DNA of 64,000 bases. Source: Lytechinus pictus (lineage: Eukaryota). Shown one piece after another: positions 49,785-63,579 of the stretch (the first letter of the stretch is position 1; each line of letters starts with the position of its first letter). The translations under genes were made by a program, and so were the position numbers. The stretch is taken from assembly GCF_037042905.1 (NCBI RefSeq), contig NC_087245.1, positions 7,068,001 to 7,132,000 of the forward strand. The letters are read 5' to 3'. Under the pieces are notes generated by a model. The model ran no database searches. It was not told the DNA's origin and saw only the letters and a list, made by a program, of their open reading frames with translations.

Positions 49785-52700
49785 AAAAAGTAAAAAAAAT
49801 ATGATGCAAAAAGTAAGTGGGAAATATAACAATTGTGTTCAGAATGTTTTCTAAAATTGTGATCAATTGCACATACATCTGTGAGCTTTTTTTTCCTTTT
49901 AATATATTGCACTTATCCCAATTTAGAGAATGCAGAAGACCAGTAGAACTTTGCAAGGACTTTATATAAAATCAAGCGCTCAGATTTCTGAGGACATACT
50001 GATGTGACTGGTAACGTACTGAAAAGGAACGATATGTACCACTGATGTAGAGGTATTCGGCGAGTTCTTCAAAAAATGTAAGTCACTGTACCCTTAATTG
50101 ATCGATGAATAGATTGATTGATTAATAATTGATTGAATGATTGATTGATTTTCTTACTTTGCGATGCAGCGTTAATCTGAAGATATTGTATTGTATTTCC
50201 ATTAAAGCCCCTTAGTAGAGGTTGAGAGTTACAAATTTTAAGGAAAACATAAGACCACTAATGGATAAAATAGAATGGATGAATGGTCACTGAAGCAAAG
50301 TGTATGTTTCAAAGTTTCCTTCTACATTGTCAATGTAGAAGGAAACTTTGAAACACAGTATAAACGAAAAGAAAAAAATATTGTGGAGTTAAAATATGTA
50401 AATAATAAGGGAAGGGCAAAGCCAAAAAGGGCACTTGTACGTCAAAATGGGCATTTTGGTGCAAACTGATATTTTCATTTTGCCTAAAAACTCAAAGGTT
50501 GCTTTCAAAATGGCGCCTAAAATGAGTCCCATCACTTAAAAAATTGTCATAGTTCATACAATTTCCATCTGTTAAAAATAGTTGGTGTCTACATTACTGT
50601 GGTTTGAAGGCTCAAATAATAAATCGGGACAAGTAATAAAATTGGTCAGGTTTCTTTTTTTGTCCAAAAATCCAAAATGTCTTCTAAAATAGTGTAAAAT
50701 GACTGCTGTTCCCTAATCATGAAACCATAGGAAAACCCTATAAGCACTAACATCACGTGTTTTGATATACTTATCAGTAAATAATTATGGTAGGTCTTAG
50801 GTAAAGGGCCCCCATATTAAAAAAATACGTTTTTTTACATATTGTTGCTCCACCGTCTAATTTTGTAACTTGTAACACTTTAATTTTATGAGCCTTAAAA
50901 CATGGCAGAGATACCAAAATAATGCCTATTTGGGATAATATATGAAGTATTGCAAGTTTTGTATCAATGGTGGTCAATTTGAATGCAATTTGTGGAGCCT
51001 TCTCCAAGTTTTGACAAAATGGACAACAGTGTATCCCTGTAATTTGTCTTAACCTTTATTACGTGACCCTTGAAATCATGGGATAGACAAAAAATGTCTC
51101 TAGGTAGATAGGATATACACTTTGCAGCCAATTTTTTACGTAACAACACCACTGACAAATCTTGAAACTTTTCCAAAGTATTTTTTTCCATTGGAACTAT
51201 CATTTTTTTTTGGGGGTAGACCCCAAAATTATTTCTACCAGGTGGATAACATTTGAATTTGGACCATTTCAAAGTTACATTACAACGTCTCTTATAGACG
51301 CCATTTAGGAAGGTCATCTTGTATTCTCTGACACACTGGGCACTTCGGCCTACTATCATGTAAACTCGTAAACTACTTATTTGCCTTGGAAACTTATTTT
51401 TGATCACTCTGCAGTAAGCGATATATATAATTTAAGTTTTTTAGTTGATGGTACCATTTTGCTGTTTTGGACGCCACTTTGGATTTCCAGGTACCCTGGA
51501 GTCCTGGACGACCTTTTTTCACTATAACCCGCCTCAATAGATTTCGTTTAACCCTAAATTTAAATAGATACCTTAAAAGTTATGACATTTCAAAACTCAA
51601 CCTCGGTTACGATTTGATGTTGGCCGCCGCCAAAGTCACCACCGCCGTCGGAAAAGCGGCGTCCATATTCCGCTTCTGCTATAAAGACGAGGAAAACGTG
51701 GCGAACAGGTTTAAGTTATTACAATGTGAATATGCCAGCATTACCTCAAATTATCAAACATTCGGCCATATCATCAATTTGCATCCGTGAATCATGGCAG
51801 CCATCTTGGAATTAAAGATGGCTGACGAATCAACCAATCGGATGCTTTATGTTTGCAACCCTAGGTATAAAAATATAGCATAGAGCAATCGTTTAATGGG
51901 GAAATCGCATGTTTCTTGCCAATTTGAGGATGAAGGCGTCGGAATCAAGTTTGGCAAGCAACATTTTTGGATTCAGCACCCCAGAATTACCTCAACACAA
52001 TAGATAAATCAGCATTAACATAAAATGCCTAAAGCACTTTTCTGAGCACGTATTTTAAAATCTGGACCTGGCTAAAAGGGGCAAATCATATTTTGAAATT
52101 ATGCGATTAAAGGAGGCACTTGCATAAGGGAGCGGAACGCTAAACAAAGAAACTGGGAGCTCATCGGGCAAGGAAAAGAGCGGTTTTTAAAGACAACTTA
52201 TCTGATATGAAGAACAGCCTGCTATGAGAAAGCAAGGGGGCACTCTTTAACACGTAAAGCGAGTCCTTCTTGAGTGAAAAGGGCACAGAACACATTCATG
52301 AGGGGGAATTTTTTGTTAAAAATTTGCACTTTACGAGAAAGAGCACTTAGTAACACCTAAAACGGGTCCTCCTCAGGTGAAAGGAGCACAATGCACGTTC
52401 GTGAAGGGGATTTTTTCTTGCGTCAAAAAGGGCTGTTTTTCAGTGCTTCAAAAAGTGCCCCCCCCCCACGTTCGCCGCCCCTGCTTTATAACCAAAAAAG
52501 TTTTTTTTTATTTTTTAAGTGCGTTTTATTTTGAAAAAAAAACTTAAGGAATTTTCCATTTTGAAAAAGGGGAATTTTTCCTACGGAAATGGGAGGGGGG
52601 GGGGGCATTAACATCCTGTCCCCGATTTTGCCGCCTCTCCTTAATTCACCATTTTACAACATCACCGTAAGCAATGTTGACGCCTTGAAGTGTCACCCAT

Positions 52701-53516
52701 CACACTTTACTCTTATATTTTTAATGATCAACTTTGACATTCGTAAAAATGCCAATTACTGGGGAGGGGGTGCCCTCCCCAATCCCAAAACGTGATGTTT
52801 TCTCATAGCTCCCTACCCCCATTATAAAATACTGGAAGAGTCATTGATCACTACAACCCTCCCCCCCCCCCCCCATCCTTCCGACAATCCCTGCGCAACA
52901 GGAGTGCTGTCATTTTAATATACCAAGCAAATGAGTCAACATCAGTTTCCTCTATTGTTCGATAGCGTGTTAAACTTGCTTGTGTAATCATAGTTCGGAG
53001 GAAAACACTTGATTTTGTGGCCCGTGATACCGGTTGCAACTTCCGCATAGCATAGTAACATAGAAATAAAGTACAATTAAAAAGGAAATCTAAGAAGTCA
53101 TTAGAAAGGCAAAGTAGTAAAAAAGTAAAGGGATTCATTAAAATAGTTTTATCGCGAAACTAACGATTGTAGATTTATAGAGCAAATATGTCTTTTTCGA
53201 GTAACCATTTTTAAAGAAATAACAGAGAAAGGTGGAGATTATTTCACTAAGATGGACCAGCATTGGAAAAACTGTTCTCACTGAGTGATCGAGGTCTAGG
53301 GAACGATAATCTGGACTAGGGAAACGACAGAGGATGGGGTCTGTGGGAGTGTTGGTTATGACTTGATCGATATTGTGAGTGGTCAGGAGACACGGATTGC
53401 ATGGTAGATTATACGTTATTATCAATGTTTCTGAGTTTGCCTGCTTATTAGTAAGCTTACAACTATATAAAATCTTAAACCATCTCAAATATGTTCACAC
53501 GTATTTCTATTATAGC

Positions 53517-53811
53517 ATGGCGGAGACGAAAAACGGAAATGACGTCGGACGTGGCGTCACTGACAAAGACATTTTGGATATTTCTGGGACAATTCCCTAC
53601 GGTCACCTCTGCAACCTCGGAGATAAACTGGGAATTAGTGTGACCGAAGTACAGAATCTGAAGAAACAGTATCGAGATGATACGAAAGAGATTGCCGTGG
53701 TTATGCTTCAGAAATGGAGAATGAGGGAGCCGTCCGGTGAGCCAACTATAAAGGTTGTAAAAGAGATGATGAGTACTGTAACCGGGACTACAAAGGACAT
53801 CTCTGAAAGTG
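53517..53811 (+). CDS. NLR exon: DEATH domain
   Basis: VTDKDILDIS...LCNLGDKLGISVTEVQNL...MLQKWR death-fold pattern. The ATG directly follows a tag acceptor, suggesting an upstream non-coding exon. The donor is gtacgt. Confidence 0.85.
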
Positions 53812-56800
53812 GTACGTAATTCTAAGATGTAACAAATTAAGCAATAAAAGTGTAATGAAAAGAAAATTTTGCATGTCAGCAAGAGGTATAGGCCTAATCC
53901 AAATCAAAGAGGCAGTTGAATCAAAGTAAATAGAAAGGATATGTGTCATGTTTTTCTATATCTAACTCATATTCACGCTCTTATTTTCTTCTCGTATCGT
54001 TCTTTGCATTAGATGAGCTAAAACGAATTACCCCAAAGTTATCGCTCAAGAGATGCAGAGAAAGACTCATCGATCATTACAGGAAAACATGTAAAATAGC
54101 ACTCAATCCTTGGGACAAGACTAACTATACTGGCTATGATGATCTTCACACAAGTATTAGCCTTCTAGTATCAGAAAGGGGTCAGAGAGGTGGTGACGAG
54201 GTCAAGAAAGTATTCCTTCCTGGTTCCATCAATGATATCTTCAAGACCGAGGTCGACGGGTCACTTCCAAACCGCATTCTGATGATAGGTGGTGCTGGAA
54301 TTGGTAAGACAACATCTTTGGCGAAACTTGCTTGCGATTGGGCAAATGGAGCTGAAGACTCACCTCTTAAAGACGTGCCACTTGTGTTCGCTTTAAAATT
54401 CAGGAGGAGTGGTAAGCATACGTCGCTTGGAGAAGCTATTGTAAAGCAGCTCCTGGGGAGAATAGAGGGCGTCACTCCTCAAGAAATTGAGAAGTTTATT
54501 GATGAGAATGAGGAAGATTGCGTTATTCTCCTTGACGGTTACGACGAATACAATGGATCAATAACATCTGACGGACCAAAGAGTAGTCTGGAGGAGTTAC
54601 TTCTATATCAGCGCTTTCAGAAATGCCGTGTTCTACTCTCATGTCGCCCACATCGCCAAGAAGATTTTGATATTGATGAACTTCCGTTTGTGTACGCAAA
54701 GGTAGAAATACAAGGGTTTTCAGAGGAGGACTCTGATAACTATATAGATCGATTCTTTAGCAGTAAGGTGGCAGATGCAACGGGACTGAAGAACTATCTA
54801 AAGGAACAAGTCTCAATTGGATCTTTGAGTAATATACCCTTTTTCTGCATGGCGTTTTGTGTTCTCTGGAAGGGGCAATTTCTACAAGATACTAAATCAC
54901 AAACGGCTTTGTTCAGTAGGTTGTTGAAATACCTTCTTGAGCATGCCCGATCGAAGAGTTGTGTCGGTTTTGAAAGTTTGGTCGCTAAACCTAAGAAAGG
55001 GTTCCTTAAATCAGTTGTGTCTCAAGTCGGAAGAGTCGCCCTGAACAGTCTACTTAGCGACAGCAGAAAACTGTTATTCGATCAAGAAGATTTTGACGAT
55101 TGCCTTCATGAACTTGATATAGCAGTTGAGATTGGTTTAGTCTCTAAACAAGCAGTGATAGAAGAATCTAGTGATTGGGACGAAGCAGAGACGGTTTTCG
55201 TTGAATTCTACCACAAACTGGCGCATGAACACTGTGCAGGTTTATATCTGTCAACTCTTGATCAAGATAAATTGCTAGGAATACTCCAATGTATCACCAC
55301 AGAATCAAGGGTACTTGACCTTGAAAATGTGTTGAAATTCGCTGCAGGTTCTTCTGACGAAGTATGCTTAACTATTTTGAAGGGGTTCGAAACAATCTCT
55401 TGGTCATCACCACTACCCCACTTGCACGCAATAGGAGAAAGAAGTCAACACCATCGCCTTGTTTTCGATATTCTCTGCGAATCTACTGAAAAACTGACCG
55501 AACAGCAGTTGACGTCCACAATTCTGCCGTATTTCAAGGATGGAGAATTTCATTTTGTGGAAACTAGTTCGTCTAGAACAGTGTATGGATTCGCACGAAT
55601 ACCTCTTTCAATCAAGGCACAGGTACACTTCATTTTATCTCCAAACAAATGTGGCCTTTACATGGCGTTTCATATTATTCTAGTCAGCGAACAAAAGTTA
55701 CTTTGTGATATCCACAAAAAATGTGTAATTTGAATTAGAGCTACTGATAATTTTTTTCGTTATTTCTAAACACTGCTATAAAAAAGCCAGTCCAGTTCTT
55801 TTATATTCATGATATTAGTAAATTAATATCATCCCAGTCCATAGCATCATAGAACTGTGATTCTCAGTTTCGTTTGTGCCATTTCTCATCCCCCCTGGCC
55901 TCGTTCCCCTTCTCTCTCTCTCCCACTCGCTTTCTCTGTTCTACCTTGTGTAATGTGTTGACGGTTAAGGTGTTTGTTTAAAATATGCATTCTATCTCTA
56001 GATTTTAACATGCCCTTTTACAAGACACACCACTCCTCGATTTGTATTTCTGAGCTTATGTTACCATTATAACAAAACATTGTGATTGAATCCCAATTAA
56101 TCACACTAATTAGTCGGTATCATCCTTTCTCAATATAGATCAAGACTATGGTGATTTCCTACTGCGAACTCAGTGACCATCAAGTGCATCTCCTTTGGAA
56201 GTCCCTCACTCTATGCAAGTCCCTGGAAAAGTTGGACCTGAAAGGATGTCATCTCCCAATCGATGACACACTTGACAAACTCTGCTGCGTAAGACGCCTT
56301 GATATGATGGGAGTCACAACAGATCACCACACCCTACTCGCTAGTCTACCTAACGTCGAGGAGATTCGCATATCAAACGATCATCGTACACGATCAGACA
56401 GTTTCATGAAGGAAATAGTTGATGGCCTACTGAAGACCAACGGCAGACAAACTGTTGTTGAGCTGTCTCCCATGTATGGATTCACAATCTTCTCCAGATC
56501 AACATGCATCTCTTCCGAAACAGTGAGCTTCTTCATCAAGCACACAATCCCACATATGACGGCTCCCGGAGCTCTTGTCTTGGAAGTCCCAATTCAGTAT
56601 GATGATATGATCAGGATCATCGTAGAAAGCATCCGTAGACCAACTATTATCAAATTGAGGTCTCAATTTTCTTTCTTTATCATTTCCACATTGGTTTTAA
56701 TTGGACTTCCCTTATATCTTAACAAATAAAAGAATAATTTTAGTTGTAAGCCTTTCCAAAGTGAATTTTCAAAATTAATGCATGGATGGGACTGCAGATG

Positions 56801-57526
56801 AAGTTAATTAAGTAATATGACGTTGCGTTCACACATTAATTAAGAATCAACAAAGAAAGGTACCCCAATATGGACACATCTAATGTACTGTATCCATATT
56901 ATTCTATAAACTTCCGTCCGAGTGCGGATCGAGGAGAAGGGGGAGGGGGCAGGCCAGGCAGCTAAGGGGATTTTGGGTTCCTCTTTCATGTCTTCTTTTT
57001 ATCTCTCTCTCCTTTTCTTCTTTGCTTCTCCGAATTTTTTTCTGATGGGAAAGTGTCTTCGAATGGGGGAATTTTTACCGTTATTTTTCTCGTCAGCTTA
57101 TGTTTAGAATGACGTCTAAATTTGAAATTTTGTCAGAATTTCAAATTGGAAAATTAAAAATTAATTCAAAGAGGATGGGCCTCACACTAGGGTATTTCTC
57201 AGCCTCTACTATATCTCTTGTTCACAGTATATTTACATTTTTTTTAACTGCAAGCCACAGTGGACAACACGTTTGAATCTTTATCTCTTAGATTCTTCAT
57301 AGATGTTGAAAGCCCTCTGTGTTCTGCAAACCATGATGAAGATCATCCCGATGACGATCTTGCTCCACACGGCATCCGTGTGACTGAGAAAAAGTTTTTG
57401 AGGAATGACTTCACCGCTTGGAGTGAACATTACCGCGACCTCTCCACCGAAAACACAAGAGATCTCTTCTGGGTGTATGTAGCTGCACTGAATTCCGTAA
57501 GTCTGTTCTCTGCTGAAATCTGTTGA
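53517..57526 (+). CDS. NLR-family innate immune receptor (DEATH-NACHT-LRR), 4 coding exons, about 886 aa
   Basis: Exons 53517-53811, 54013-55622, 56139-56659 and 57292-57526 join in frame (2661 nt). They encode a death-fold exon, Walker A GGAGIGKTT, Walker B ILLDGYDEY, sensor-1 LLSCRP, winged-helix FYHKLAHE and LRR-like SLEKLDLKGC. The 3' end is less certain because of an alternative gtaagt donor at 57497. Confidence 0.85.
54013..55622 (+). CDS. NLR exon: NACHT NTPase plus helical/winged-helix domains
   Basis: 1.6-kb open exon with the P-loop GGAGIGKTT, LLDGYDE and FYHKLAHEHCAG. Confidence 0.95.
56139..56659 (+). CDS. NLR exon: degenerate leucine-rich repeats
   Basis: In-phase tag acceptor; LxxLxLxxC-like units (SLEKLDLKGC, CVRRLDM, NVEEIRI). 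Confidence 0.8.
57292..57526 (+). CDS. NLR probable last (or penultimate) coding exon
   Basis: The cttag acceptor matches the phase-2 donor at 56659; the frame is open to a stop at 57526. Confidence 0.55.
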
Positions 57527-59307
57527 AACCAAAGGTTGACATTCTACGATCATGATGAGCTATAGAACCCAAATGGTAGTCTGCTGTGCTAACCCTTCAC
57601 TCGAGTTAAGGGTCTGAATGTGCAGCCTACTCATGCCTTGTGTACTAAAGCCCTCTCGCTCAGAATTGAAACAGCAAGTTTTGTATGTTCTAGTCTTTGC
57701 GTGACACTTGCTGATCAAATTTTCAATCAGGGTCTGTGCCTGCAGACTACTCAACTGGTACGATTAGAAATGCTATAAGTCTAAAATACCATGAATCCAT
57801 AATACGACGTACATGCACAAAAAACATCTTAAATGTTACAACCAACTGTTATCTTTATGTTGTTTGGGGTTTCCTTTATAACGCATTGAGAGTGCTTGTG
57901 AAAAGATGGCAATATTCAACTTAACCCTTGAATGATTGGAAGGATTTAAAAGGATGGTCCGGGCTGAAAATATTCATATCTAAATAAACAGAGTAAATTC
58001 ACAGAGCAAAACGCTGAAAATATCATCAAAATCTGATAACAAATAACGAAGTTATTGATTTTAAAGTTTATCATTATTTTGTGAAAACAGTTATATGCAG
58101 ATCATCACGAATATTCACTAGGTGGGCTGATGATGTCATATCACCACTTTCATTTTTCTTGTGTTATTACAAGAAATCATAATTGTTTCATGTTTTCATA
58201 CATGTGTAAATTATATGTCTCCATTATAATAAAATAAGTTGCGGCAATAAATAACTAATGCTCAAAATCAGTCGTCAATACAATTGTTTTAGTTCTTGGT
58301 AGAAATTTTTTAATAAACCTAATTTCATATAATAAATACAAAAGAACAATTGGGGATATGACATCATCTGCCGACCTAATACATATTCATGAAGACATGC
58401 CTAGCTTTAAAGGGCTGATCTCCGAAAGCAGCGTAGGGAGAAAACCAGAAAGAAAGATGGTGCGCTAGTGCAATTATCATTATTGCCGTGTCCCTCGGAG
58501 AGGATCTGGTTATTGAAGGATTACAAGCACCCGTGCTTCAATTATGGGGCTGTAACGCCCGAATGTTTTATGCGGATGATGTACGTCGGCTATGGTAAGC
58601 CGTTTTCATAAACCCAACCTTCTTGGTATCAAGAATAAACATTTCTTCATATAAATATTTCGATTTGTATTGTCAATGATACCAAGAAATGGGATAAGAG
58701 GAGAAGACGGCTGGTCATTCGGACAGTGCGCCTAAACTCCCGTAATTATGTATACCGATCAGTTGAGAAATCACAATCACTGTAAATGCTATATAGAACC
58801 TTTAGTATTTACAATGTCCCATTAAATTCCCATCCAAGGGATATTGATTGCTTAAACTTTTGAAAAAGGGTGTTTTTGCTCTATATAAAAATCGGTAGTT
58901 ATCGAAATATTTTATGCTTGTGCCCCCCCCCCCCAATCATGCAGGATCCAAAGACGTATGGAGATAGCAGCTTCGAGCATATGCTACTAGCACTTCAACG
59001 ACCAAGGATATAAATCCGTCAGGTTTCGGTCTTATTATCCCGACCTTTCGTTGGAGAACGCGAACGCTTATTTACGTTAGTTGATTTTGGAAGAGACTTT
59101 TGGGCCCGTCGTCATGGTCGTTAAACTCTGTCCTGTAATGCCAATTGTGTGACATGAGATTTTTTTTTCGTTTCGCATCTGCAACGGAAACATTCAATAT
59201 GCGTTTCGTGTGCAAAATTCCGGTTGCTACTATGGTAACAGCGATATATCCGTTCTAGGACGACTTTCCAGAGCCACATTTGGTTCCTCCCAGAGCTCGA
59301 GAGGCCG

Positions 59308-59583
59308 CCCGGGGGGCCCACTTCCATTGAAGAGTGGATACCGGGCGCGACCACGCGTAAAAGGGGACAGAGTGGGCAAGTACGTTGCGTATAGGCACCC
59401 GATGTTTAAAATACTGCAAAAAAGTGATATATTTCCAATACTTGTAGGGTTTCACAAGCCAAATACTTGTTAAGAGATGCATTTTCATAATCTGGAAAAG
59501 CCTTGCTTCCCTTGTTTAGGGTGCTTTTCGAAACCGCATGGTCGTGCCTGGTATCCACTCATCAATGAAAGTGGTCCCCCGGG
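59308..59583. mobile_element. MITE with ~50-bp TIRs (cccgggggg termini)
   Basis: cccggggggcccacttccattgaagagtggatacc ... ggtatccactcatcaatgaaagtggtcccccggg; no TSD visible. Confidence 0.7.
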
Positions 59584-61232
59584 AATTTGAATCTAATCCC
59601 CCATTTCTGGAGAAAGTAAAACATAATGCCCATTACATTGTGTGCTAGAGGCATATCGTTGGGGAAGGAGTAAACAAAAGAAAAAACCCCGCAAATTCGG
59701 CTGGTACGTGTTCAGACGTAAACATGCTGTGTACATAATCAACGCATACGAAATGGTTTCGGCTGGAGCGGTGATCTGACCCATGGAATCAATTGCCAGA
59801 GATCCACCAATAATCCACATTAAATGCAATATCGATTCGATGGACTGTAATGATCTATATCTAAGCCTTAATTCAGTAAGTTTTTCCTCACTCAATTTGT
59901 TCTCGATTTGTTTGAAAAACCACTTTCTTATCCATGTCATAATCTATTGTGGGCCCTGCATTTCGAATATCTCCAGCCAGCTATCATAGTAGAGGCTCAC
60001 CGCCGGCTCAGCGGCATATACGATGATGACCATCAGTCGTAATGTACATGCATGTATAGTTCGGGTGTCGCGGGAAAGAATTTTGCACACGAAAAGCAGA
60101 TCTGTAGGGCCTGTAACCCCCCTGTAACACAAAGCTTAGCATTGATTGTAGAGCAGTTTTCTACGTTTGATTCTATTGACTATAATGTACAATCAATATT
60201 AAAAATCAAGTTTATGATTAAGCGTTAACTTTTGTATTAGGGGACCCTAATATTAGCGTCTGTGATGATTGCGATAGGTGGCTAATGACTCGGCAACGGG
60301 AGAAGGAACGACACATTACTCGTTTTCATTTTCTTTAAATTTATTTTGCGTTTCTTGAATCATATATACTTTGATCTGAACATATGCGAGTAATATGATT
60401 CGAGTATAATACACATTAACGTGTTTTAAGGAGATACATTTCTAAAGAAGTGCCTGTTGCGATGACTGGAAACAATATACAAGGGTACAGACATGCTGAA
60501 AAGTGAAACTTCACTGTGTGAAACCGTTTTTCCTTCATAAAAACCTGGACAGTAATGATTAAGGATTTAAAGAAATGTAACACTAATATCAGGTGCAATA
60601 TATGAATCGATTCAAGTTTTTAAAGGCTTACTATTAACCGAGGAAGGTTTATATGACATGTAGTAATTCCGGGTCAGAACGGCCTGGATTTTTTTGGGTA
60701 AATGTTCATGTTATATCATAATTCATGAATGCTGTAAAGTGACAATTTTAGCAAGTGCTGCTGGTCTGTATAACTATATAGGATCTATGTATCTTCCAAT
60801 AAAGGAAAATAAAATAGATAAGCATAGTAATTACAATTTTTCGTATTAAGTAGTTTTTATTGACAACTTCAATTCATATACAAAATAAAATACATATAAC
60901 ATATAGAAGTTTGATGTCCTTACAAATTGATAAATAACTTGACAACTCATGAATTTAACACCGCACCAATGATAACAATTATCGATACTATACAAATATC
61001 AGTATCATATTTATGATATTGTTACATTCCATTCAAAATTACTTGTATTGAATCATGTGTAACACCTTGTTTTGCCTTGTGTTATGTTTCTTTCCCTCAA
61101 ATGTTCCTCAAATTGTATGTATATTTTGTATGTATTGTATTACATTGTATTTTGTCTTAAGCAGAATATTTGCAGATGCCAATGATGTTCCGCTAAATTC
61201 AATACATTTCATTCATGTTGAATGGCCCTGCC

Positions 61233-61485
61233 CAGGGGCCTAATGTGCAAAAAATAAGTATGAGGTGATATGGCATATATTGCATAAAATTTATACAAAG
61301 TTAGGAGCGAGCGAGCAAATATTTTGATATTTTATTACCAAAAAAAAAATCAAATTTTTTGAAAGACTGTCATAATATTCAGAAAATAATATCAAATTTC
61401 ACACTTCTCTTTTTTTTCTTGGTCGTGAAGAAATTGGGGAGAGTGCAAGAGCCTCCGCCCCCCCCCCCCCATCTCTACGCTACTG
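61233..61485. mobile_element. hAT-like MITE with perfect 8-bp TSD
   Basis: gccctgcc|caggggcc ... ctactg|gccctgcc; internal sequence resembles the 25604-26072 element. Confidence 0.75.
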
Positions 61486-61678
61486 GCCCTGCCTAACTAA
61501 TTCCATTGTTCCGGGCCTCCACACGTTTATATATTATTCAATAAATGATACTGTAAAGTAATATGAAAATGAACTCCAATTTAACCATCATGTGTCTGTG
61601 TGCGTGTGGGGGTGTGTGTATTGTCTATAGGGGAAAATAATTTTGTTTCCGGCGAACAAAGCCACATCATCATCATCA

Positions 61679-62049
61679 TTAATGTCCCAGAACACCGGAA
61701 TAGTCTAGGTTTTGCGCCCCGAGTTTAAGTCCTGTATACAATGAGACGACAGAGAGAAAAGCGGTAACACCGGTTCCTTGGTCATTCTCCTTCATATCAC
61801 GCAGGTAATAGATAAGACGGTCCCAGAAATACTCCTGCTTACTTCGACGGTTCCTTGAGAGAGCCAGTTGAAAATGACGCCATAGATAGCTTAGGTCCAT
61901 CCCACCTACCGCAATGACAGGTAGGGAAATGATCATAAGCTTCTCAGAGAAGATAAGCACATTGAGAAGGATGAGGTCCTTGCTGCTTATATTCAGCTTT
62001 TCGTTCCCGCTGTAGACATCGTAGTTCCAACTCAAATGAATAGTTAGTC
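61679..62049 (-). CDS. Probable terminal exon of an unidentified multi-pass membrane protein
   Basis: Strong ttctcttctttgcag acceptor, about 120 open codons, higher GC than the flanks and two hydrophobic segments (LILLNVLIFSEKLMIISLPVIAVGG; GVTAFLSVVSLYTGL). Upstream exons were not identified. Confidence 0.6.
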
Positions 62050-63579
62050 CTGCAAAGAAGAGAATTGAAACAGGCAATAAAAATTAATTTAGGTGAATTT
62101 GTTGTAATGACAAATCAAATATACAGTATCTATGAATCACCCAATATAGTGTGGTATACGGTATGTCACTGACACAGCTCCCGTAGGATTTTTATGCCAC
62201 AATATATTTTTTTGTTTGCATTTTTTGGATTCACTGGGGTCCAGTCTATTAGAAAATGATGGGTTTCAAATTTTCCCGACCCCCATCCGCTGCTTGAGGG
62301 GGAGGGGGATCACCTATCACGAGACCCCCTAAAATCAGGAGTATTTTGCGACTGGTTAAAAAAAGGGATCGTTTTCTGGTATTTTTATCATCCCTAGACA
62401 GCTAGAATGCCTATCTGAAGACTTCCAGTTCGATGAACTATCCTACCAATCATATCCCCTACTCCCCCTGGCATACAACTTTCACCAATTGGCCACTCGT
62501 TCTAGAGTATTATGTACGATACAAGTACTTCTATTCGAATTGTCATATATACTTCTCAGCCAATTTCCAAATACTGATAGACACAAACGTATAACCAACA
62601 TTTTTTTATGGCATACCCCCACACACCCGCACACACAAATATTCACACATGAGCGTAGGCCTACTCGCTTTTACATTAAATATGTATCAAGTTTCAAGTA
62701 AGATGTACTTGGTGCGGGACCTTCAATATATAGTATTAAAATAATATGTAAACATTCACACACACCCTCAAATACGTCCACTCTTCCACATGCACCCATA
62801 CACATCAAAACGCACCAAACGTTATTAAGCGCGTTTGCTCGCGCACATTCCTATTTAATCATTCCGAAATGAGGACAATTTGCATTGTCTCTACCACTTC
62901 TGTGGTTGAATTACTTTATTCATTGATCTTCACAAGATTTTGAGAACTTCCCAGCTTACAAACCAGCAGTATGCCTCAATTTCGAAGGAAAGCAAATTCA
63001 AATCTTGATTTTAACATTTTATCTGATGTTTTGAAATCGGAGGGAGGGGAAAAATACCCAAATGCACAAATTTTGTAAATACATTTGACTTTGAAAAAAA
63101 TATTACTCTTTACCAAAAAGTAAGTTGATTTAGTTAAAAAAACATTTCATACATCGGGACATGAATGACATCTGAATATAAACTTAAATATATCATGATA
63201 TGTTCACAAATTTGAAAAATTGCACAATTTTAGAATAATTAATGTTTGATTCAGCAGGAAATAGCATTAGGACTGGATCGAATGAGTCTTCTTTGTATCC
63301 TTGTATTTCTAGAAAATTTCTTATATCATAATTCCAGATGAAAACAAGGAATGTGTGATCTGTAAAGGTGCTTAAATCCCTGGCAAGCAACTAGTAAATA
63401 ATACAGCCATAATTGAAGACCTCCTTCAGTCCAGCAGAGAGTGTCTTTAGGTGAAACTGTTCTGCAGACGCTTGTTGACCATCTATCTGGCCTAAATGAT
63501 CAGGAACTAAAATTGGTTTATTATAGTGAGTGTAGGAAACATATTGTTAAGAATTCTATGATCGAGCGACTCAGGTTAA

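Noticed and set aside
50964-51407. 147-aa minus-strand ORF
   Set aside because: No recognisable motif or splice structure; AT-rich, probably repeat-derived sequence.
52545-52582. NF-kB-like sites upstream of the NLR (ggaattttcc, ggggaatttttcc)
   Set aside because: Imperfect matches amid repeat-derived sequence, and the TSS is unknown, so they cannot be supported.
63193-63492. Possible upstream exon of the membrane-protein gene
   Set aside because: Every minus-strand frame has a stop, and no suitable phase-1 donor was found.
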